A DNA stretch of 32,000 nt from Paenibacillus tyrfis (GCF_024158745.1 NZ_JAMZAW010000016.1:148191-180190), one strand, 5' to 3'; positions 7,332 through 16,884 are shown, numbered from the stretch's first letter. Numbers and translations are program-made. Notes: generated by a model not told the origin, from the sequence alone.

Positions 7332-8204
7332 TCATGGCTTCAGCAGACGAATGAACGCCAGCAGCGGTTGCGACATCCATTTCTTGGGATGGACAAACAG
7401 CTGCAGATCGAACCGGATATCGGGGTGGACAAAAGGCAGCACCTTCAGGCGTCCGCGCCGTACCTCCTCTTCCACAACGATCTGCGGAAGAAGAGCCACG
7501 CCGAGTCCATTCATCACGCACTGCTTGATCGCCTCCGGGTTACCCAGCTCAAAACGGATAAGAAACGAGACGTTGTGCGCCCTTAACACGTTCTCGAACA
7601 TGCCCCGGTAATTGCAGCTCTCCTCCGACATGATTAGCTCGACTCCGTTCAGATGATCCACGCTTACACCGCCGGATAACTGCGTGAGCGGATGGCCGGG
7701 CGGCGCGGTCAGCACCAGGGGCTCTTCCCGGATCGTCTCGCAGCGAAGAGCCGGGTCGACCGGCTTGCCGTCGAGCAGCAGGCCGATGTCGAATTCCCCC
7801 TCCTTCACTTTGCTGACGATCAGCGACTCGCGTTCCGCTTGGATATGAATGTTCAATTCGGGAAACCGTTCTCTTAACTGCTGCAAATAAGGGGGAAGAT
7901 AGTAGGCCGCCAGCGAATCGATCGTGCCGATCGTCAACGTCCCGCCGACCTGATTTCCGACGATTTCTTTGGACTGCGCATACAAATCCAGCATCTGCAC
8001 AGCGAGCTTCAGCAGCACTTCGCCGGGCGGCGTAAGCCGAAGCAGCCTGCCGTGACGCTCAAACAAGGAAACGCCGTATTCCCGCTCCAGCTTCTGAATT
8101 TGCATCGTCACGCTGGATTGCGCATAGCCAAGCTCCTCGGCGGCCCGGGTAAAGCTTTGACGTTTAGCCACCTCGCGAAACGTCTGGAAATATGTCAGAT
8201 CCAT
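7332..8204 (-). CDS. LysR-family transcriptional regulator.
   Basis: N-terminal HTH (MDLTYFQTFREVAKRQSFTRAAEELGYAQSSVTMQIQKLE) followed by a substrate-binding domain. I moved the start from 8249 to ATG 8204, which gives the canonical LysR N-terminus. Confidence 0.9.
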   Translation of the reverse strand: MDLTYFQTFREVAKRQSFTRAAEELGYAQSSVTMQIQKLEREYGVSLFERHGRLLRLTPPGEVLLKLAVQMLDLYAQSKEIVGNQVGGTLTIGTIDSLAAYYLPPYLQQLRERFPELNIHIQAERESLIVSKVKEGEFDIGLLLDGKPVDPALRCETIREEPLVLTAPPGHPLTQLSGGVSVDHLNGVELIMSEESCNYRGMFENVLRAHNVSFLIRFELGNPEAIKQCVMNGLGVALLPQIVVEEEVRRGRLKVLPFVHPDIRFDLQLFVHPKKWMSQPLLAFIRLLKP

Positions 8205-8222
8205 GTGATGTTCGCCCCTATT

Positions 8223-8237
8223 ATCAATATTATTGAT
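8223..8237. promoter_or_regulatory. Candidate LysR box (ATC-N9-GAT palindrome) in the divergent intergenic region.
   Basis: ATCAATATTATTGAT is a perfect 7+1+7 palindrome lying 19 bp upstream of the lysR-type start. Confidence 0.4.
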
Positions 8238-8334
8238 GATGACTATCACTTATTATAGCTAACTCCGATGATTGAAACCATGGTAAAGTAGAGCCAAACA
8301 AAAATTATTCGAAACCCATGGAGGAATGTAAAAA

Positions 8335-9225
8335 ATGCTAACCCAAGAGCAGCTAACTGGTGTTTACGTCCCTATCGTCACCCCGTTCGACAGTAACGGC
8401 GCCGTAGATCTAACTTCATTCGAGCGGCATGTTCGCTGGCTTGCGGACCGCGGCATCCATGGCCTGGTCGTCAACGGAACGACAGGAGAATCGCCGACGG
8501 TAGCATGGGAAGAAGTCGAGGCGTTGGTAAAGACTGCCAAGAACGCGGTAGGCGGGAAACTGCCGGTAATCGTCGGCACCGGAACGAACGACACCGCTTC
8601 GACCGTGAAGCGTACGGAGCTTGCGGGACGGCTTGGCGCGGATGCCGTACTTGTCGTTGTCCCTTACTATAACCGCCCGTCGCAGGAAGGCATTGCCGCC
8701 CATTTCCGCAAAGCGGCGGAAGTCGGCATCCCCGTCATCGCCTACGATAACCCGTCGCGTACCGGGGTAGGGCTTACGGCGCAGACGGCCGGAGCCATCC
8801 TGGAACTGGACGGGGTGATCGGTTTGAAGGACAGCTCCGGCGGCATTCAGCTGCTTACGGAATTGTCCCGCTTGAATAGCAAACCGGTATTGTGCGGCGA
8901 CGACTCTTACGCTTACGCGATGCTTTGCTGCGGGGCCAAGGGCGGTATCCTCACCGCCTCCAACGTAGTGCCGGAAGCTTTAGTAGAAATGCACCGGCAG
9001 TTCGCCGAAGGAGACTCGAACGAAGCCAAGCAAACGTTCGAAGGACTGCTTCCGCTCATCCGGCTTCTCTTCAAGGAATCGAATCCGGCGCCGGTCAAGT
9101 GGATTCTGGCTCATCAGGGCATTATCGCCTCGGAGGCTCTCCGCCTGCCGATGACGAGCATCAGCGCGACGCTTCGGCAGGAGCTCGAAGCGTATTGGAG
9201 CCGAGCCGGTGTGCCGGTAAAGTAA
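8335..9225 (+). CDS. Dihydrodipicolinate synthase / N-acetylneuraminate lyase family class I aldolase. Substrate unknown.
   Basis: GTTGES motif, VVPYYNRP, and a Schiff-base lysine context (IGLKDSSG). SD GGAGGA upstream. The gene is divergent from the LysR regulator. Confidence 0.85.
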   Translation: MLTQEQLTGVYVPIVTPFDSNGAVDLTSFERHVRWLADRGIHGLVVNGTTGESPTVAWEEVEALVKTAKNAVGGKLPVIVGTGTNDTASTVKRTELAGRLGADAVLVVVPYYNRPSQEGIAAHFRKAAEVGIPVIAYDNPSRTGVGLTAQTAGAILELDGVIGLKDSSGGIQLLTELSRLNSKPVLCGDDSYAYAMLCCGAKGGILTASNVVPEALVEMHRQFAEGDSNEAKQTFEGLLPLIRLLFKESNPAPVKWILAHQGIIASEALRLPMTSISATLRQELEAYWSRAGVPVK

Positions 9226-9262
9226 ACCGACGGTCCGAACAAAACCAATCGTCAGACGCACG

Positions 9263-9295
9263 AAAAAGCCCTCCGCTGCAAGCGGAGGGCTTTTT
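9263..9295. terminator. Bidirectional intrinsic terminator.
   Basis: A5, GCCCTCCGC, loop TGCAA, GCGGAGGGC, then T5. Confidence 0.8.
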
Positions 9296-9305
9296 CGGAC
9301 CCAAC

Positions 9306-9410
9306 CTAATGTTTCATACGGGAAAACAAATCGATAAACGCCCCGCCAACGAGCCAGTAGCTAACGATGCAGCTTAGCACGATGAGGATAACGTTTTTCA
9401 AAAACTTCAT
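9306..9410 (-). CDS. Possible 34-aa small membrane protein. It is not in the ORF track.
   Basis: By hand translation it reads MKFLKNVILIVLSCIVSYWLVGGAFIDLFSRMKH. GGAG lies 8 nt upstream of ATG 9410. The ORF ends 10 nt before the 9263-9295 bidirectional terminator. Confidence 0.4.
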   Translation of the reverse strand: MKFLKNVILIVLSCIVSYWLVGGAFIDLFSRMKH

Positions 9411-9590
9411 TTCTTCAACTCCAATATCATTTAGGTTCGCCAACGATAGAAGCGCCAAGCTTCACCCGCTTCCGGCGTACGGTGCCTAAGCGCGGCTCCA
9501 GGTGTCATTGGACAAAAGGACCGTCATCTATTAGACGATTGAACCTGGGAATAAGTTTCAAGCAAATGTTCCCTCAGCCGGACCCCCGGA

Positions 9591-11036
9591 TCACAGGTGG
9601 CGCAAAACGGCGGCTAGACGACGGATGCCTTCCTCGATCCGGCTTTCCGGTTCCCGGGCGTACGACAGCCTTAACGAGCTGCCCTCCGCGCCGTATACGC
9701 TGCCGGGCATGACCGCGACGCGGTGCGCCTCCATCTCCCGGACCAGCTCGCCGTCTGGGATTTTCCGGTTCAGCTTGCACCACAGGTAATAGCCGCCCTG
9801 CGGCACGAGCCATTCGGCCCGATTCCCGAGATGCTCCTGCAGCGCGGTCAGCATCCGATTGCGGCGGCGCGTCAGCGCCTGACGCAGGTCCGCGAGGTGA
9901 CCCTGCCATACGCCCGACGTCAAGTACAGCTTCGTCACCTCTTGAAGGATCGTACTGTAGCCATAATCCATTTCCTGCTTCGCTTCGGCCAGCCGGCTCG
10001 CGACACCTGCCGGAGCAACGATCCAACCAGCGCGGAATCCGGGCGCGGCCATCTTGGACAGCGTACCTATATACAGCACATGGCCGCTGCCGGATGACAG
10101 CGCCTTAAGGGATAGAGGCGGCGGCGCAGCTCCTTCCAACGCTAACAAGCTGTAGGGGTCGTCTTCGACGATGGGGATGCGGCGTTCCTCGCACAGCTCC
10201 AGCAGCCGCCGGCGGCGGGAAAGCGAGAGCGTCGTTCCGGTCGGGTTCTGATAGGTCGGATTGACGAAGATCATCCGGATTTTATGCTTGTTATACAACT
10301 GAGCCACTTCCTCAGGAATGAGACCCTGCTCGTCCATCGGCATTTGAAACAAACGCAAGCCTGCCGAGACGAAGAGCGAGCGGGAGTAAGCGTATGACGG
10401 TCCTTCCAGCCCGACCGCGTCGCCCGGGTTCAGCAGACAGTGCGTCACGAGATGCAAAGCCTGTTGGGCACCGGATGTCAGCAAGATTTCGTCCGGAGCG
10501 GCATTCACCCGGTACTGCTCCTTCAGATGCACGGAAATCGCCTCCCGCGTCTCGGCTTCTCCTTTCGGATTGGCATAATCAAGCGGCATCGACAGCGTTA
10601 ACTTCCGAAGCAATGCGCTGAGCTGCTCCGACGGCAGCAGGTCGGCCGACAGCTCTCCTCTGGAGAAAACGACCGTATCGGGAGCTGCTGCGATCTCCCG
10701 GATCCGCCGGACAATCGCCAGCGTCGGCACAAACGAGCCTCCGCTGACATATGAGTGCCAATTCAAGCCGCGCTTCGGTGTATCGCCCCATAACGTTTCG
10801 CTTACACGCGTGCCGCTCCCTTGCGTGGACTGCACGAAGCCTGATGCGCGCAAATCGGAGTAAGCCGCCGTGACGGTGCTGCGGTTAATGCCGAGCCGCA
10901 CGGACAGCTCCCGTTCCGTCGGCAGCGCCGAGCCCGGCAGCAGCTGACCGGAAACGATCTGCTGCTCGAAATAACGGGCGATTTGCCGGTACCTCGGTTC
11001 CCGGCTATCCGTATCCAACCTCCAGTTCACACGCAT
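9591..11036 (-). CDS. MocR/GabR-type regulator (GntR HTH fused to a PLP-dependent aminotransferase-like domain).
   Basis: N-terminal GntR HTH (PRYRQIARYFEQQIVSGQLLPGSALPTERELSVRLGINRSTV) plus a fold-type-I aminotransferase region (YIGTLSKMAAPGFRAGW). The track start 11090 would overlap the divergent gene. ATG 11036 or GTG 11030 sits just after GGAGGGG. Confidence 0.85.
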   Translation of the reverse strand: MRVNWRLDTDSREPRYRQIARYFEQQIVSGQLLPGSALPTERELSVRLGINRSTVTAAYSDLRASGFVQSTQGSGTRVSETLWGDTPKRGLNWHSYVSGGSFVPTLAIVRRIREIAAAPDTVVFSRGELSADLLPSEQLSALLRKLTLSMPLDYANPKGEAETREAISVHLKEQYRVNAAPDEILLTSGAQQALHLVTHCLLNPGDAVGLEGPSYAYSRSLFVSAGLRLFQMPMDEQGLIPEEVAQLYNKHKIRMIFVNPTYQNPTGTTLSLSRRRRLLELCEERRIPIVEDDPYSLLALEGAAPPPLSLKALSSGSGHVLYIGTLSKMAAPGFRAGWIVAPAGVASRLAEAKQEMDYGYSTILQEVTKLYLTSGVWQGHLADLRQALTRRRNRMLTALQEHLGNRAEWLVPQGGYYLWCKLNRKIPDGELVREMEAHRVAVMPGSVYGAEGSSLRLSYAREPESRIEEGIRRLAAVLRHL

Positions 11037-11054
11037 CCCCTCCAGGTTACCCCA

Positions 11055-11102
11055 GTATACGCCAAATTGGCTGGCAATGGTACCCTCCAATTGGATGCAT
11101 AC
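11055..11102. promoter_or_regulatory. Imperfect inverted repeat in the MocR/MFS divergent region. Candidate MocR operator.
   Basis: GTATACGCCAAATTGG (11055-11070) faces CCAATTGGATGCATAC (11087-11102). Each arm contains a CCAA(A)TTGG palindrome. Confidence 0.35.
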
Positions 11103-11166
11103 AATCTCCGCAGGCTCTTTTATGCTCTCATTAGAACAAAATCGTCAGGTCAGGGAGGGCTTCCGC

Positions 11167-12462
11167 ATGTGGTTTGGAGAGAAAAAATACGCCTGGGGGC
11201 TTCTCGCGGTCCTCTGGGTTTTCGGTTGTATTGCAGCGTTATCCCGATTCGTCATGGCATACTACCAAGCGGCCATTACCGAGGATTTCGCCGTGGGGCG
11301 CAGCTTCATTTCGCTGTCCTGGTCACTGAACCTGCTGATCGCTGCGCTGTGTATGCCGCTCGGCGGGTGGCTGGTCGATCGATACGGTGTCAAAAAGGTG
11401 ATGGTGCTCAGCACGCTGCTCGGTGCAACGGGCTCCAGCGTGGTCTTTTTCGTACATCATCCCGTCGCCTTCTTTATCGGCTACGGCATCATTACCGGTC
11501 TTGTCGGGATCGGTTCGACCACAGTGTTCACGCTCGTGCTCCATTGGTTCAAACGCCACCGGGCGAAAGCCATGACGATCATTAACAGCGCTTCGCCGCT
11601 GGGCCTCGCTATCGTCAGCCCGATCTTCATCAGCTACGAAGGACAGCTTACGTGGGAATACGCCTTCCTTATCACCGCCGCACTCGGCATCGGACTCGTT
11701 CTCCCCAGTACACTGTTGTTCATCCGCGACGGGAGGAATTCCGGGAAAGGGACGGACTCCGGAGCGCCGGCTCAGGCCGCAGAAGCTTCTGGTCAGCCGG
11801 AAGAAACGGGCCAAGCAGCCGCCCCCTCCCGGTCCGGGCTACCGCTGCGCAGGCTGAGGGAGAAATTCGCGCCTTACTTCGGCTCCCCGGTTATCCCGGT
11901 CGTCATGTTCGCTTTATTCGCCTGCGGGTTCAACATGGGCACCGTCGAAATGAACATGGTAGCCATTCATCAGCATGCGCACGTTCCCGGCGCAATGATC
12001 GCATCGGCACTCAGTCTCCTCGGGGTCATGGAGGTGGCCGGCTCGTTCGTTTTCGGCTATTTATTGGACCGTATTTCGCGGGCGCTCGCCCTGGCCGTAT
12101 TATACGGCTTCCGGGTCCTCGGGTTCATGCTGCTCTGGTTTCATCTGGATTTGTCTCCGGTTCTGTTCTCCGTCTTGTTCGGCGCAACCTACATCGGCGC
12201 TATTCCGGGAGGACTGCTGCTTGCCGGGGAGACGCTCAAAGGAACGTCGACGCAGACCGGCTTTCTTCTGCTGTTCCATCAAGCGGGCGGCATTATCGGG
12301 GCGTTGCTCGCCGGATTTTTGTTCGACAGCTTCGGCAACTATCAGTCGCTGATCGGGTTGAACATCACGATTGCCGCACTCGTGGCCGCCGGCTACGCCT
12401 GGCTGCATCTTCGCAGCCGGAGCAAGCGCGAAGCCAGCCGGCCTTCTGCCGCACAGGCCTGA
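11167..12462 (+). CDS. MFS transporter.
   Basis: It has 12 TM-like segments and an Ala/Gly/Glu-rich central loop. I moved the start to ATG 11167 (AGGGAGGG lies 8 nt upstream). Confidence 0.85.
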   Translation: MWFGEKKYAWGLLAVLWVFGCIAALSRFVMAYYQAAITEDFAVGRSFISLSWSLNLLIAALCMPLGGWLVDRYGVKKVMVLSTLLGATGSSVVFFVHHPVAFFIGYGIITGLVGIGSTTVFTLVLHWFKRHRAKAMTIINSASPLGLAIVSPIFISYEGQLTWEYAFLITAALGIGLVLPSTLLFIRDGRNSGKGTDSGAPAQAAEASGQPEETGQAAAPSRSGLPLRRLREKFAPYFGSPVIPVVMFALFACGFNMGTVEMNMVAIHQHAHVPGAMIASALSLLGVMEVAGSFVFGYLLDRISRALALAVLYGFRVLGFMLLWFHLDLSPVLFSVLFGATYIGAIPGGLLLAGETLKGTSTQTGFLLLFHQAGGIIGALLAGFLFDSFGNYQSLIGLNITIAALVAAGYAWLHLRSRSKREASRPSAAQA

Positions 12463-12512
12463 ACGGAGGCTTCAGTCCCGCTGCTGTTCCAAACCGAACC
12501 CCGGCTTCATAC

Positions 12513-12570
12513 AAATCGCCGCCAGCGCTTCTGTACCAAGGTACAAGGCCGCCGGCGGCGATTGTTTATT
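12513..12570. terminator. Bidirectional terminator between the convergent MFS gene and gudB.
   Basis: AATCGCCGCC (12514-12523) pairs with GGCGGCGATT (12554-12563). There is an inner TGTACC/GGTACA helix, and T-rich sequence follows. Confidence 0.65.
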
Positions 12571-12594
12571 GCATATTCGATTCAGGCTCTACGC

Positions 12595-13857
12595 TTACAC
12601 CCAACCGCGGGCTTCCATCGCTTTGGAAATCCGTTCCATCGAGATCATGTAAGCGGCCGTACGCAGATCGGTTTTGTATTGGGTCGCCAGATCTTGAACC
12701 GCGCGATACGCTTCCGTCATCGCCGTCTTGAGCTTGAGGTTTACCTCTTCTTCGCTCCAGTAATAGTTCATCAGGTTCTGAACCCATTCGAAATAGGAAA
12801 CCGTCACGCCGCCGGCATTCGCCAAAATATCCGGAATCACTTTCACGCCATTGCCGAACAAAATTTCGTCCGCTTCCGGGGTCGTCGGTCCGTTGGCCGC
12901 TTCCGCCACGATGCGCGCCTTGATCTGAGCAGCATTCGCCGATGTAATGACATTCTCAAGCGCAGCCGGCACCAAAATATCGACATCCAGCTCCAGCAGC
13001 TTCTCCGGTTGAATGGCGGACGACGCGCCGTACGCGGACAGGTCTCCCTGATCCTTCAACTGCTCTACGCGGTCCAAATCCAGTCCTTGCGGGTCGTAAA
13101 TCGCGCCGCGCGAGTCGCTGACGGCCACAATGCGGCAGCCCAGCTCCGACAGCAGCTTCGCCGCAATCCGGCCGGCATTGCCGAAGCCTTGAATGGCTAC
13201 CGTCGCGCCTTCCGGCGTCTTGCCCATATCCTTCAGCGCCTCTTGAATCGCGAAGACGCAGCCGCGGGCCGTCGCTTCGTTTCTTCCCTTGGAGCCCCCG
13301 ATAATCAGCGGCTTGCCGGTAATGACGCCCGGGCTGTTGAAGCCCTTCAAACGGCTGAACGTATCCATCATCCAGCCCATAATTTGCGGGGTCGTATACA
13401 CGTCCGGAGCCGGGATGTCTTTCTCCGGTCCGACGATATCGGCGATTGCTTCCATGAATCCCCGGCTGACGCGCTCCAGCTCGCCCTTGCTCATTTCGCG
13501 CGGGTCGCAGATGACTCCGCCCTTGCCGCCGCCGTACGGGAGGCCGACAACGCCGCATTTGAAGCTCATCCACATCGAGAGCGCCTTAACCTCGTCCAGC
13601 GTCACGTCCGGATGGAACCGGATGCCGCCCTTCGTCGGACCGACCGCATCGTTATGCTGAGAGCGGTAGCCTTCAAATACGCGGACTTGACCGTTGTCCA
13701 TCTTCACGGGGAACGTGACGGACAGCACCCGTTTCGGATGCTTCAGAATTTCTACGGCCTCTTTGGGCAAGTTTAATAGAGAAGCCGCATGTTCGATTTG
13801 CCTTTGGGCGATTTTAAACGGGTTTAGATTCTCGGCAGTCAGTGTAGTAACAGTCAT
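12595..13857 (-). CDS. gudB: NAD(P)-specific glutamate dehydrogenase (GudB/RocG type).
   Basis: GPTKGGIRFHP and GLPYGGGKGGVICDP catalytic motifs, plus the GFGNAG dinucleotide fold. Length 420 aa. Confidence 0.95.
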   Translation of the reverse strand: MTVTTLTAENLNPFKIAQRQIEHAASLLNLPKEAVEILKHPKRVLSVTFPVKMDNGQVRVFEGYRSQHNDAVGPTKGGIRFHPDVTLDEVKALSMWMSFKCGVVGLPYGGGKGGVICDPREMSKGELERVSRGFMEAIADIVGPEKDIPAPDVYTTPQIMGWMMDTFSRLKGFNSPGVITGKPLIIGGSKGRNEATARGCVFAIQEALKDMGKTPEGATVAIQGFGNAGRIAAKLLSELGCRIVAVSDSRGAIYDPQGLDLDRVEQLKDQGDLSAYGASSAIQPEKLLELDVDILVPAALENVITSANAAQIKARIVAEAANGPTTPEADEILFGNGVKVIPDILANAGGVTVSYFEWVQNLMNYYWSEEEVNLKLKTAMTEAYRAVQDLATQYKTDLRTAAYMISMERISKAMEARGWV

Positions 13858-13917
13858 CGATTCATCTCCATCTCCTTCTATGCTTTAACGTAATGCTGAA
13901 ATAATGAGTTGTTTTTT

Positions 13918-13946
13918 ATTCTATAGGTATCGACTTCCACTTTCAA
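13918..13946 (-). promoter_or_regulatory. Probable sigmaA promoter of gudB.
   Basis: On the minus strand: TTGAAA (13946-13941), a 17-nt spacer, then TAGAAT (13923-13918). It lies about 60 nt upstream of the start in an AT-rich region. Confidence 0.5.
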
Positions 13947-14087
13947 CCGTTTTTTTTGACAATATTCGCAAATTACTGGCGTCAGAAAACTTCAAAAAAC
14001 CTTTCACTATCTGTTATTTTTATTCTAAAAATAATGTATAATATAATTGACATATATTCAAAATTTATCTGACGGAAAGAGGAAAAT

Positions 14088-14561
14088 ATGCTGACGTTTG
14101 AGGAAAAGATTGCCGTAATCGAATCGTTTGCGGAGCTGGAGAGGAAAAACGTATCCTTGGGCCGGGTAAACTATCACTATGAGCAGAGCGCTTACGACAA
14201 GAAAACCGTTGTCTATCATTTGCACCCGAACGGCAACGGCTTCGTCTATGCCGGTCATCTGTCCGGTTACGACATTGATGAGCGGGGGATGGTGAACATC
14301 CGGGACTTCACAGCAGATGAGCTCCGCTCGATTGTCGAAGCCTCGATCCGCTCCCTTGCGCCCAAGACGGCAAAAGAACAAGCCGTCACCGGCGAAGCGG
14401 AGATTGAGGAACGCTGGATCGGTCCGGATAAGCAGACCTTGATGCTGCTGTACGAGAACGAGCTGTGGTGCGTCTATGCCGGTTTGAATCTCGAAGCGGC
14501 CTTCGAAACGTACGGGGAAGCCGAAGAGTATTTAGCGGAGGAAGGCTTCTCGCGGCAATAG
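14088..14561 (+). CDS. Hypothetical protein (157 aa), family not recognised.
   Basis: Codon usage matches its neighbours, AGAGGA lies upstream of the ATG, and the C-terminus is acidic. I recognised no motif. Confidence 0.6.
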   Translation: MLTFEEKIAVIESFAELERKNVSLGRVNYHYEQSAYDKKTVVYHLHPNGNGFVYAGHLSGYDIDERGMVNIRDFTADELRSIVEASIRSLAPKTAKEQAVTGEAEIEERWIGPDKQTLMLLYENELWCVYAGLNLEAAFETYGEAEEYLAEEGFSRQ

Positions 14562-14577
14562 CCCTCTCCCACCTGCG

Positions 14578-14610
14578 AAGGACATGTCTGGCAAGGGCGG
14601 ACATGTCCTT
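14578..14610 (+). terminator. Perfect 11-bp hairpin after the hypothetical gene, with no U-tract.
   Basis: AAGGACATGTC (14578-14588), an 11-nt loop, then GACATGTCCTT (14600-14610). It is followed by ATCACGG, so it is not a canonical intrinsic terminator. Confidence 0.3.
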
Positions 14611-14671
14611 ATCACGGCTGTCGGACTGCAAGCAGTTTACACTTCAAGCTGAGACGGACTTCTTCGCTCCG

Positions 14672-15295
14672 TCAGCTCCCCTTCTCCGGCTGTAGCCCGC
14701 CTGATGTGGCGACCGCTGCCGTGCCGGTTTCAGCCGACCTTACAGCCACCCTTCTCAGGTCCTCCACGAACAAACGCATAAGCCCTGGCCTGCGCCGGAC
14801 GGCGAGCGGATGGTAGCTGACGGTCGTCGGCAGCCCGCCGATATTGTACCAGCTTCCCCTGAGCTGCTTGACTTCGGCTTCCGGGTCTTGAAAATACGCT
14901 TGTACCGCCACGTTCCCCAAGCAGATCATGAGCCTCGGCCGCTTCTGCTCCAACTGGGAAAGCAGGTGTGCCCGGCAGGTATTCCTAGCGGCTTCTTTGT
15001 CGTATTTGCGAATCGGCCGGCATTTCAACACATAGGTCACGTAAACGTCGCTCATATCGAGTCCTGCCTCCGCCGCACCGAGCTGCAGCGTGGCCCGGGT
15101 ACCGCAGACGAAGGCACGGCCCTCCCGGTCCTCCCGCGCTCCGGGATTATCCAGCAGCATAATGATCCGGCCTTCCGGATTGCCTTCCCCCCATATGACG
15201 CGGGTCCGCTGGTTTGCCAACTCGCATAGCTTGCAGGATGCCGCATGCTGCGGCGCAGCTTCCTCCGGCAGAGCGATTGGATCGTTGTCGGTCAT
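14672..15295 (-). CDS. Uracil-DNA glycosylase superfamily protein (family 4/5-like).
   Basis: CKLCEL Cys pair, WGEGNPEGRIIMLLDNPGAREDREGRAF, and YVTYVLKCRP. SD GGGAAGGAAG upstream. Confidence 0.8.
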   Translation of the reverse strand: MTDNDPIALPEEAAPQHAASCKLCELANQRTRVIWGEGNPEGRIIMLLDNPGAREDREGRAFVCGTRATLQLGAAEAGLDMSDVYVTYVLKCRPIRKYDKEAARNTCRAHLLSQLEQKRPRLMICLGNVAVQAYFQDPEAEVKQLRGSWYNIGGLPTTVSYHPLAVRRRPGLMRLFVEDLRRVAVRSAETGTAAVATSGGLQPEKGS

Positions 15296-15397
15296 GGATT
15301 CGGCTTCCTTCCCGATAGGATTGTCGGTTTACAGGATGTTCCGGAAGCCCTGAGTTTATACGGTTGCACGATTCTTTTAAGCGAAGTCCGGCTATCG

Positions 15398-15434
15398 AAA
15401 AAGCCGAAGCCGCCCTCCGGCTTCTTCGGCTTTT
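15398..15434 (-). terminator. Intrinsic terminator of the flavoprotein gene.
   Basis: AAAAAGCCGAAG pairs with CTTCGGCTTTT around a GC-rich inner helix. On the minus strand a U-run follows. Confidence 0.7.
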
Positions 15435-15450
15435 CACCTTGTCGTCTCCG

Positions 15451-16884
15451 CTACATCCGCTCCACGATCGACCGGGCCATCCACACGCCGGCTGCGCCCG
15501 CTTGGGCCAGCCCCCGGGTCACGCCCGCGCCGTCGCCACCACAGTACAAGCCGCGGATCATCGTTTCCAGCTGCGCGTTCAGCTTCGGCCGGGCCGAATA
15601 GAACTTCGCCTCCACACCGTAGAACAGCGTATGGTCCGATGCGATGCCCGGCGTCACTTTATCCAGCGCCTCGACCATTTCGATCAGACTTTTCATCGTG
15701 TTGTACGGGAGCACGAGGCCCAGATCCCCCGGAACGGCCTCCTTCAGCGTCGGCTCCAGAAATCCTTCCTGAATGCGCCCTGCCGTCGAGCGCCGGCCGC
15801 GAATGATGTCGCCGTACTTCTGAACGATCACGCCGCCGCCCGACAAATCGTTCGCCCGCTTGCAAATTTCCCGCGCGTATTCGTTCGGCTTGTCGAACGG
15901 CTCGGTAAACCGGTGGGAGACGAGCAGCGCAAAGTTCGTATTGAGCGAGCCAAGCGCCGGGTCCTTGAAAGCATGCCCGTTTGCCGCCATCACCCCGCTG
16001 TGGTTCTCAACCACGACATGGCCCGACGGATTGCTGCAGAACGTCCGCACCCGCGTGCCGACCGAGGTGTTGAAAATAAATTTGCCCTCGTACAAATGCT
16101 CGTTAATTTCGCGCATGACCACATCGGACGTCTCCACCCGGACGCCGACGTCCACTTGGTTGTTGAACATCGGGATGCGCCGCTTGCGGAGAATTTCCGT
16201 CAGCCAAGCCGAACCGTCCCGTCCCGGCGCGACGATCACAGCGTCCGCTTCCAGCTCCTCGCCGCTGGACAGCACGACGCCCTGCACCCGGTAGCCTTCC
16301 GCTTCTTTCACCGTCAGCACGTCGGCCACTTCCGTCTTGAACCGCATCTCGATATGCCGCTTCAAATAGTCGTTGATCGACTTCAGAATTTGCAAATTTT
16401 TCTCGGTGCCCAGATGCCTGACCTGCGCCCGCAGAAGCTTGAGTCCGGCCGCATAGCCGCGCTGCTCGATCGAGCGCACGACCTCGGTCATCGGGTCGGT
16501 GATCGTATCGGGAGCGCCGTGCCGCAGATTGAGGCTGTCGACGTAGCGAATAAGCTCCAGCACCTGCGACGGCGGCAAATAGTCGGTCAGCCATCCGCCG
16601 AATTCCGTCGTAATGTTGAACTTCCCGTCACTGTAAGCGCCCGCTCCGCCGAACCCGGCCGTAATCGAACAGGCCGGCAGACAGCCCGCGTACTCCTTTT
16701 TCCCCGCCGGGGGAGGACAGAGCCGGATCTTCTCTTCCAGAATCGGACACCGGCGGCTGTCGATATCGTGCCCTTTATCGATTAACAAAACGCGTTTGTG
16801 AGGCGCTTTCAACGTCAGCTCATAAGCGGCAAAAATCCCCGCCGGTCCGGCTCCTACAATAATCACATCAAAGCGCTTGCCCAT
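15451..16884 (-). CDS. FAD-dependent oxidoreductase (COG2509-like uncharacterised flavoprotein).
   Basis: N-terminal Rossmann motif DVIIVGAGPAGIFAA and a C-terminal GGDGAGVTRGLAQA motif. SD GGAGGG upstream. Confidence 0.85.
   Translation of the reverse strand: MGKRFDVIIVGAGPAGIFAAYELTLKAPHKRVLLIDKGHDIDSRRCPILEEKIRLCPPPAGKKEYAGCLPACSITAGFGGAGAYSDGKFNITTEFGGWLTDYLPPSQVLELIRYVDSLNLRHGAPDTITDPMTEVVRSIEQRGYAAGLKLLRAQVRHLGTEKNLQILKSINDYLKRHIEMRFKTEVADVLTVKEAEGYRVQGVVLSSGEELEADAVIVAPGRDGSAWLTEILRKRRIPMFNNQVDVGVRVETSDVVMREINEHLYEGKFIFNTSVGTRVRTFCSNPSGHVVVENHSGVMAANGHAFKDPALGSLNTNFALLVSHRFTEPFDKPNEYAREICKRANDLSGGGVIVQKYGDIIRGRRSTAGRIQEGFLEPTLKEAVPGDLGLVLPYNTMKSLIEMVEALDKVTPGIASDHTLFYGVEAKFYSARPKLNAQLETMIRGLYCGGDGAGVTRGLAQAGAAGVWMARSIVERM

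Noticed and set aside
12562-13776. 404-aa plus-strand ORF.
   Set aside because: It is entirely antisense to the unmistakable glutamate dehydrogenase gene. It is Arg-rich, low-complexity sequence.
15364-16785. 473-aa plus-strand ORF.
   Set aside because: It is antisense to the FAD-dependent oxidoreductase gene, which has Rossmann and C-terminal flavoprotein motifs. The antisense ORF has no motifs of its own.
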